Virus record (IMG/VR): IMGVR_UViG_3300044797_000163
Span: 18,398 to 82,397 of that record
Direction: 5' to 3' (one strand)
Length of the DNA stretch: 64,000 nt
From: a virus
Lineage: Duplodnaviria; Heunggongvirae; Uroviricota; Caudoviricetes
Part shown: in pieces, positions 58,742-64,000 of the stretch
How the letters are laid out: each line of letters opens with the position of its first letter
Numbering within the stretch: the stretch's first letter is position 1
Made by a program: the position numbers and the translations under genes
Notes under the pieces: model-generated
Database searches by the model: none
Told to the model about the DNA's origin: nothing
The model's input: only the letters and a program-made list of their open reading frames with translations

Positions 58742-59195
58742 TAGTGCTCCTTGGTTTCAATCGAATGAAGTAACGTATGTGACGACTACACCTTCTACAG
58801 ACAGATCCAGAACCCACGCCGCGCTGCACGATAAAGTGCGCGGCGAGTTTCACGGACCACATCTTTCTGGAAAATTTATTAAGCCAACGGGATGAAAATA
58901 TGGTGTCGGCTCCCAAGCGTTTGGCGGTTTGGATCAGGGCGATATAAAGTGGTAAGCCATGTCCTCGCCGTCTCCATTTCTTACGGACCTCCATTCTGTC
59001 GGTGTGTACATTCCGGCGACCGTGCCGCGCCGTCATGTATCTCAACTCTCCTGTGCCTACCAGGTCTTTCCCAAAGAAGAGCCCGAGGATTGCCTCACCA
59101 CAGCAACCTCGGAACTCTTCCCAGTTATGAATCGGATTATGGCCACTGTCCGCGAACCGGACGGAATAGCCTGGAGGAAGCTTCGGAATGGTCAT
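58662..59195 (-). CDS. GNAT-like acetyltransferase, copy 1 (crosses the left repeat boundary)
   Basis: RRRGHGLPLYIALIQTAKRLGADTI matches the R-x-x-G-x-G/A acetyl-CoA motif. Its C-terminus lies outside the repeat. Confidence 0.45.
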   Translation of the reverse strand: MTIPKLPPGYSVRFADSGHNPIHNWEEFRGCCGEAILGLFFGKDLVGTGELRYMTARHGRRNVHTDRMEVRKKWRRRGHGLPLYIALIQTAKRLGADTIFSSRWLNKFSRKMWSVKLAAHFIVQRGVGSGSVCRRCSRHIRYFIRLKPRSTNVKTKKKHNQPLAQSRSADPRRTQTA

Positions 59196-59582
59196 TTAGT
59201 CTATGTAAGCGATGAACGGTACCGCAATTTTTTGTTTGAGTTGTTTGGTATCGCTGAGGTTCGGCGCAGCCTCCGCTTCTAACCTAGAGCTATAGATACG
59301 ATCGCTGCAGTAGAGGGTGCCGTTCGGGTTCTTGTAGATGTTGAGGAAACCGGAACGATAGGTGGTCTCCATGAACAGGTCGCCGTCGTAATCGAACGGA
59401 GTCTGGAACTGACGCCCTTGCTCATTGAGATAAGTAAAGCCCATGCTGTCTATCACGAGCAAACGGCAATAAGGGTTGTTGTGCGAGGGAATGCTAATAA
59501 GTTGATCGCGGCTGACGGCTTTGCCGTCTCGTCTGACCACCGGTTTACCGTTTAATGCGTCCTGCAGGTTGAAAGCCTTCAT
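59196..59582 (-). CDS. Hypothetical protein, copy 1
   Basis: ATG MKAFNLQ has GGAG 6 nt upstream. 128 aa. Confidence 0.4.
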   Translation of the reverse strand: MKAFNLQDALNGKPVVRRDGKAVSRDQLISIPSHNNPYCRLLVIDSMGFTYLNEQGRQFQTPFDYDGDLFMETTYRSGFLNIYKNPNGTLYCSDRIYSSRLEAEAAPNLSDTKQLKQKIAVPFIAYID

Positions 59583-59592
59583 TTGTTCTCCA

Positions 59593-59621
59593 ATGACAGC
59601 CACATACGAAGATAGTATAAT
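59593..59621 (+). promoter_or_regulatory. Near-consensus sigma70 promoter, copy 1 within the duplication
   Basis: ATGACA-N17-TATAAT. A divergent TTGACA-N17-TACTAT sits on the minus strand at 59612-59640. Confidence 0.5.
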
Positions 59622-59631
59622 ACTACGGACG

Positions 59632-60105
59632 TTATGTCAACACCAAATCCTGATCCTTTGTATTCAGTTCTCTAGCAGCAATGAATTGATCGATACTCCG
59701 CATCATGACGTATTCGAGCTGGAGTAAGTCCCAGTCATACGTTTTGAGAGCGGCGAGTTTCACGGACCACATCTTTCTGGAAAATTTATTAAGCCAACGG
59801 GATGAAAATATGGTGTCGGCTCCCAAGCGTTTGGCGGTTTGGATCAGGGCGATATAAAGTGGTAAGCCATGTCCTCGCCGTCTCCATTTCTTACGGACCT
59901 CCATTCTGTCGGTGTGTACATTCCGGCGACCGTGCCGCGCCGTCATGTATCTCAACTCTCCTGTGCCTACCAGGTCTTTCCCAAAGAAGAGCCCGAGGAT
60001 TGCCTCACCACAGCAACCTCGGAACTCTTCCCAGTTATGAATCGGATTATGGCCACTGTCCGCGAACCGGACGGAATAGCCTGGAGGAAGCTTCGGAATG
60101 GTCAT
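59632..60105 (-). CDS. GNAT-like acetyltransferase, copy 2, with a chimeric C-terminus across the duplication junction
   Basis: The first 119 aa are identical to copy 1. The C-terminus diverges where the ORF crosses the 59750 junction. Confidence 0.45.
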   Translation of the reverse strand: MTIPKLPPGYSVRFADSGHNPIHNWEEFRGCCGEAILGLFFGKDLVGTGELRYMTARHGRRNVHTDRMEVRKKWRRRGHGLPLYIALIQTAKRLGADTIFSSRWLNKFSRKMWSVKLAALKTYDWDLLQLEYVMMRSIDQFIAARELNTKDQDLVLT

Positions 60106-60492
60106 TTAGTCTATGTAAGCGATGAACGGTACCGCAATTTTTTGTTTGAGTTGTTTGGTATCGCTGAGGTTCGGCGCAGCCTCCGCTTCTAACCTAGAGC
60201 TATAGATACGATCGCTGCAGTAGAGGGTGCCGTTCGGGTTCTTGTAGATGTTGAGGAAACCGGAACGATAGGTGGTCTCCATGAACAGGTCGCCGTCGTA
60301 ATCGAACGGAGTCTGGAACTGACGCCCTTGCTCATTGAGATAAGTAAAGCCCATGCTGTCTATCACGAGCAAACGGCAATAAGGGTTGTTGTGCGAGGGA
60401 ATGCTAATAAGTTGATCGCGGCTGACGGCTTTGCCGTCTCGTCTGACCACCGGTTTACCGTTTAATGCGTCCTGCAGGTTGAAAGCCTTCAT
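60106..60492 (-). CDS. Hypothetical protein, copy 2
   Basis: Identical to the 59196-59582 product. Confidence 0.4.
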   Translation of the reverse strand: MKAFNLQDALNGKPVVRRDGKAVSRDQLISIPSHNNPYCRLLVIDSMGFTYLNEQGRQFQTPFDYDGDLFMETTYRSGFLNIYKNPNGTLYCSDRIYSSRLEAEAAPNLSDTKQLKQKIAVPFIAYID

Positions 60493-60502
60493 TTGTTCTC
60501 CA

Positions 60503-60531
60503 ATGACAGCCACATACGAAGATAGTATAAT
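60503..60531 (+). promoter_or_regulatory. Near-consensus sigma70 promoter, copy 2, reading towards the early genes
   Basis: ATGACA-gccacatacgaagatag(17)-TATAAT. Confidence 0.5.
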
Positions 60532-60756
60532 ACTACGGACGTTATGTCAACACCAAATCCTGATCCTTTGTATTCAGTTCTCTAGCAGCAATGAATTGAT
60601 CGATACTCCGCATCATGACGTATTCGAGCTGGAGTAAGTCCCAGTCATACGTTTTGAGAGCGGCGAGTTGTGCGGGAGTAAGTTCAACGGTGATTTGCAT
60701 CGGAGCACATTATGTTGCGGGCAAGCACCTGTCAATTCGCAGTTTGGCCCCCCTCT

Positions 60757-60773
60757 AATTGATATTATCAATT
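60757..60773 (+). promoter_or_regulatory. 17-bp palindromic operator-like site
   Basis: AATTGATATTATCAATT lies 15 bp upstream of the -35 element of the early promoter. Confidence 0.45.
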
Positions 60774-60787
60774 GGTTCCTTTGATGA

Positions 60788-60817
60788 TTGACAACTGATT
60801 GAGCGCTTTAGTATTAT
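60788..60817 (+). promoter_or_regulatory. Sigma70 promoter for the early plus-strand operon
   Basis: TTGACA-N18-TATTAT, followed by GAGGAG and the ATG at 60836. Confidence 0.5.
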
Positions 60818-60835
60818 CGTTGCGAGGAGACTGAA

Positions 60836-61558
60836 ATGAGAACTCTGGCCACAAAAAAAGAAGTGACGATTCCGAAGAAACTAGGCTTGAGTGCCGCAGA
60901 GCAGGCGCTGCTCATGCGCGTAAACGCTGTTGTATTCGAACCTGAAACCTGCGAGCTGAACACCGGCAAATATCTGGCGATGGCGCAAGCGGTTCTCACC
61001 GTATATCGAGGTGGGTGGTTGAGCTATTTGAAAGGTCTGCCCTTCACCTACCGGACGGCTTATCGCCGCATCAATGTTTACGAGCGGGCGATGAAGATCT
61101 GGCCGAAAGAAGTGGTGGAATCTGCGATCGAGCACAGGCTGAAGATCGTTGGGTATACCGAAACAAAACCGATGGGTTTATTCGAGGACATGGCCCCGCC
61201 AAAGGATCTCACTCCGCAGGGAATCGAGGATTACCTGATGCAAGCAGAGATCACAGCGCGGCAGAAAGCTCCAGGCGGAATTGATATCGACGCTTACGAC
61301 CGCTTGAAAAAATGTTTCCGACTCATCGAGAAGTGCTCGCGTGGTTTGGGTGATAAAGAGCGAAGGGATTTTCTGAAGGATTTGGTGGGTGTCGAAATTA
61401 CTTTGCTGACGCCGGAATTCGCAGACAGCGCCCCGGCCTTCAAAGCAACGGAGATCCCATCGGACTTCTGGAAAACGACGATCGGTGGGTATACTCGTAC
61501 GACAAGCACTCGGCGCCGTAGCAGCAAGGGTGCTAAGGATGCTTGGGGAGACCGATGA
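60836..61558 (+). CDS. Hypothetical early protein
   Basis: 240 aa. Confidence 0.45.
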   Translation: MRTLATKKEVTIPKKLGLSAAEQALLMRVNAVVFEPETCELNTGKYLAMAQAVLTVYRGGWLSYLKGLPFTYRTAYRRINVYERAMKIWPKEVVESAIEHRLKIVGYTETKPMGLFEDMAPPKDLTPQGIEDYLMQAEITARQKAPGGIDIDAYDRLKKCFRLIEKCSRGLGDKERRDFLKDLVGVEITLLTPEFADSAPAFKATEIPSDFWKTTIGGYTRTTSTRRRSSKGAKDAWGDR

Positions 61559-61773
61559 GCATGGAAAGGCAGATGGGAATCGGAGAGATGCCCAAACTCT
61601 ACCTCGGGGATGGTGTCTACGTTGATTTCGATGGTTTCCACATTGTTTTGACGGCAGAGAACGGCGTGGAAGCGACGAACACCATCTACCTTGAACCTGA
61701 TGTGCTTCAACACTTGGAGATGTACGTAGCCAAGCTGCGCGAGCGGCTTAAAGCGCTGGGAGGGAAGCTATGA
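61543..61773 (+). CDS. Small hypothetical protein
   Basis: 76 aa. Confidence 0.3.
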   Translation: MGRPMSMERQMGIGEMPKLYLGDGVYVDFDGFHIVLTAENGVEATNTIYLEPDVLQHLEMYVAKLRERLKALGGKL

Positions 61774-62252
61774 GCGCAACTACCCCATCCGTGATTGTCG
61801 GTATCGTGGGCAGTGAGGAAATCAAGTTTACGCCTGACAGCAAGCAGCGGGCGCAGGCTTTGATCAGGCATATCTTGAGTGATCCTGATGTGGTTGAGGT
61901 GGTGAGTGGCGCTTGTCACCTCGGAGGGATCGACGTGTGGGCAGCGGAGATTGGCAAGGAGCTGGGGTTGGTGGTCACCGAGTATCCGCCGAAGAACAGA
62001 TACTGGGATACCGGCTATAAACCTCGCAACATGCAGATCGCTAGGCGCAGCAATGTAGTTCACTGCATCACTGTGGATCGCCTGCCCGAGACCTACGTTG
62101 GCATGACTTTCGATCTATGCTACCACTGCAATACTAAGGACCATGTGAAATCTGGGGGTTGCTGGACTATGAAGCAAGCGATTAAAATGGGAAAGCTAGG
62201 CATACTTCATGTGGTGAAACAAGAGAACTATGCCATTTCCGCGAGTATCTGA
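61770..62252 (+). CDS. DprA/SLOG-like Rossmann-fold protein
   Basis: IVGIVGSEE...VVSGACHLGGIDVWAAEIGKELG resembles the DprA/Smf/LOG glycine-rich nucleotide-binding loops. Confidence 0.4.
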   Translation: MSATTPSVIVGIVGSEEIKFTPDSKQRAQALIRHILSDPDVVEVVSGACHLGGIDVWAAEIGKELGLVVTEYPPKNRYWDTGYKPRNMQIARRSNVVHCITVDRLPETYVGMTFDLCYHCNTKDHVKSGGCWTMKQAIKMGKLGILHVVKQENYAISASI

Positions 62253-62516
62253 AGACGATGTAAAAAAGGGGCTGTATCCCGAGATGGGATCGGAACACTG
62301 GAGGACGATTGATCGTACCGTTGCCTGATGTCGCAGTGAATATCATCCGAGAGAAGATCCACGAGACATGCAAGGCGATGGCGCCCGAACAGTGGAAAGA
62401 AGTAGTGGAGAATCTCATGGCCGATCTTGAAAGTTATTACGACGCACTGAAGTGCGAAAACCCGGAGCTGTTCCGATGATTCTGGCCCAAGTCGATCCGG
62501 TGGCGCAGGTTAAACA

Positions 62517-62852
62517 ATGATGATGAAATGGTTTGGCCCGACATGGGACGCACCGATCAATAAAGAGTGCGAAGAGATGCCGGTGCCTGTGGGAGAACCA
62601 TGTACTCACTGCGATGAATTATTTGTGGAAGGGGAGCAGGGAGTCATGTATGCAAACGGCCCATACGCGCACATCGAATGCTTCATGCGTGGGATCGCGG
62701 GCTCCGTGGCCCACCAGCTCGGCACCTGTGGCTGTTACGTGCCCGGTTCAGCCGAGGGCGATCCACCAGAGCTGACGAGACGGCAAGCGGCGAAGGTGGC
62801 GCTGCAGTTATCGACCCTCTTGCAGAATCCAGGCTATCGCCGGAAGGGATAA
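62517..62852 (+). CDS. Cys/His-rich, zinc-binding-like small protein
   Basis: CTHCDE...HIECF...CGC. Confidence 0.35.
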   Translation: MMMKWFGPTWDAPINKECEEMPVPVGEPCTHCDELFVEGEQGVMYANGPYAHIECFMRGIAGSVAHQLGTCGCYVPGSAEGDPPELTRRQAAKVALQLSTLLQNPGYRRKG

Positions 62853-62877
62853 GTTTTGGGGCGGGAATGACTGCACT

Positions 62878-63426
62878 GTGTCGCCCGGTTTGGTATTTTC
62901 TCCGGATGTGCAGGACCGCCCCTCCAAGATTATGAAGGCTATTTATTCACGTCGAAGCATGTGTTCGTGTGGTTTCCCGATGCTCGCGGACGATGTACCA
63001 TTGGGTACGGCGTACGAAGTTCGTCCTATTCTTGAAGCTCTAACGTTACGGTGCGGGGGTTGTGGCGAACTCCTTAGACTCAACTGCATCTTTGTCTACG
63101 CGACTCAAACGAGTGCTGCTGGTTTCCTGCCTGTTGGGATTTTCACAATTGAGGGAGATCAAGCCATCCCGACTCTTTTAGCGTGGGCCGGTGCCGGTGA
63201 AGCAGTGGCTCAACACATCCTGCTTTGTTCGGTGTGCATGAGTAAGGGGCCTTGCGCGAAGTGTGACGAGCTTTGGGAGGTGGAGATGCAGCTAGAGACC
63301 AAGGTGATTGCCATGCTGCCGCTGCTGCGCGAGATGGGTATCGATGTGGACAAAATAACGCAGGATGCGCAACACGCACGGAACTTTCAATGGATGGGGG
63401 TGGGAAAAGATGTCGCTGGCAAGTGA
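62878..63426 (+). CDS. Cys-rich hypothetical protein
   Basis: CSCG...CGGCG...CSVC...CAKC. Confidence 0.35.
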   Translation: MSPGLVFSPDVQDRPSKIMKAIYSRRSMCSCGFPMLADDVPLGTAYEVRPILEALTLRCGGCGELLRLNCIFVYATQTSAAGFLPVGIFTIEGDQAIPTLLAWAGAGEAVAQHILLCSVCMSKGPCAKCDELWEVEMQLETKVIAMLPLLREMGIDVDKITQDAQHARNFQWMGVGKDVAGK

Positions 63427-63634
63427 AGGCAAGCTCATCGCCCCGTCTGGGAAATATCGAGTTGTCGGGGTGGACACCTTCGAAGACGCATGCGCAGATT
63501 ATTTGATCGCGGATGTCGATACACTCAAAGAAGCGACCGATCTTGCGGACAAGCACGGCGGGGAGATGAATCCGGTCTATGTGTACAACGACCACGAGCC
63601 TGCGCGGCCCGTCTACCACACCGGAAGTTATTGA
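63410..63634 (+). CDS. Small hypothetical protein
   Basis: ATG MSLASEGK with a GGGAAAAG ribosome-binding site. Confidence 0.35.
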   Translation: MSLASEGKLIAPSGKYRVVGVDTFEDACADYLIADVDTLKEATDLADKHGGEMNPVYVYNDHEPARPVYHTGSY

Positions 63635-63684
63635 ATACAGCAGTCTCGTATCTACTATAAGCCTTAGTTACCTTGCTTTAGGCT

Positions 63685-63966
63685 GTGGGCGCGGGTTACA
63701 AGAAAGGTGTGAATTTTTCGGAGAAGCGCACCATATCCATATCCGTGAAAATGACGCCTAGCGATTGGGAAGTTTTTCAATGGGTCGCGCAGACGTTGTG
63801 GCCAGGAGCGGTCTTAACCCGATCTAACATTATGTTGAGTCTTGCGCGATTATATACCGACCGGCTCGTAGATTCGCGAAAGAAAAAAGAGTGCGAAAAG
63901 AGCACGAGACCGGAGACGAGATGTTCTTTAGCGAGTGAAAAGAAAAAGCCCCGTTCGATATTCTGA
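63685..63966 (+). CDS. Ribbon-helix-helix (CopG/Arc-like) DNA-binding protein
   Basis: Beta-strand KRTISISV, then helices PSDWEVFQWVAQ and TRSNIMLSLARLY. Confidence 0.4.
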   Translation: MGAGYKKGVNFSEKRTISISVKMTPSDWEVFQWVAQTLWPGAVLTRSNIMLSLARLYTDRLVDSRKKKECEKSTRPETRCSLASEKKKPRSIF

Positions 63967-63982
63967 GCGGGGCTTTTTGTTT
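63947..63982 (+). terminator. Rho-independent terminator
   Basis: AGCCCCG...CGGGGCT stem followed by TTTTTGTTTG. Confidence 0.75.
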
Positions 63983-64000
63983 GTTCCCAGTTCGCAGTGG

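Larger units (their letters stand above)
58840..60669. repeat. Perfect tandem duplication: two 910-bp units bounded by three copies of the 10-mer GCGGCGAGTT
   Basis: Positions 58840-59759 are identical to 59750-60669. The ORF pairs 58892/59802, 58959/59869 and 59196/60106 encode identical proteins. Confidence 0.9.

Noticed and set aside
58840-60669. 910-bp duplication considered as phage direct terminal repeats joined by assembly
   Set aside because: This cannot be excluded from sequence alone. However, assemblers normally collapse terminal repeats to one copy, and the 10-bp microhomology at all three boundaries fits a recombinational duplication better. It is kept as a finding with this caveat.

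Overview
This window reads as a contiguous piece of a tailed dsDNA phage or prophage genome of about 55% GC. Bases 1-30,037 are a plus-strand late/structural module. Terminase large subunit is called from sequence motifs; portal, scaffold-like and capsid calls rest on gene order and size only. Downstream are Ser/Thr-rich fibre-like proteins carrying signal peptides, a family-2 glycosyltransferase, a histidine phosphatase, a Big_2 (bacterial Ig-like group 2) protein, and large internal virion proteins. A convergent terminator zone sits at about 30.2-30.3 kb. Bases 30,323-48,879 are a minus-strand block. It contains an accessory/nucleotide-metabolism operon (ClpP-like protease, MazG, nucleoside 2-deoxyribosyltransferase-like protein, two metallophosphoesterases, bacterial-type RecA and several HNH/EndoVII nucleases), an unusual tRNA, a lysis-like membrane/lipoprotein group, and a replication/recombination module (sliding clamp, primase-helicase, a repeat-containing putative initiator, PD-(D/E)XK exonuclease, SSB, RecT-like annealase). 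From 48.9 kb the plus strand carries an SPFH lipoprotein operon, a clamp loader and a class II-like ribonucleotide reductase. Then come an IS1595-family insertion, a minus-strand family A DNA polymerase, a perfect 910-bp tandem duplication, and a plus-strand early region ending in a rho-independent terminator. At least five perfect TTGACA-N17-TATAAT promoters, several of them leaderless, and two near-consensus ones are present. Inside the presumptive initiator gene there are eight 16-bp iteron-like repeats next to an AT-rich stretch, which makes it a candidate origin. No integrase, attachment site or CRISPR array was found.
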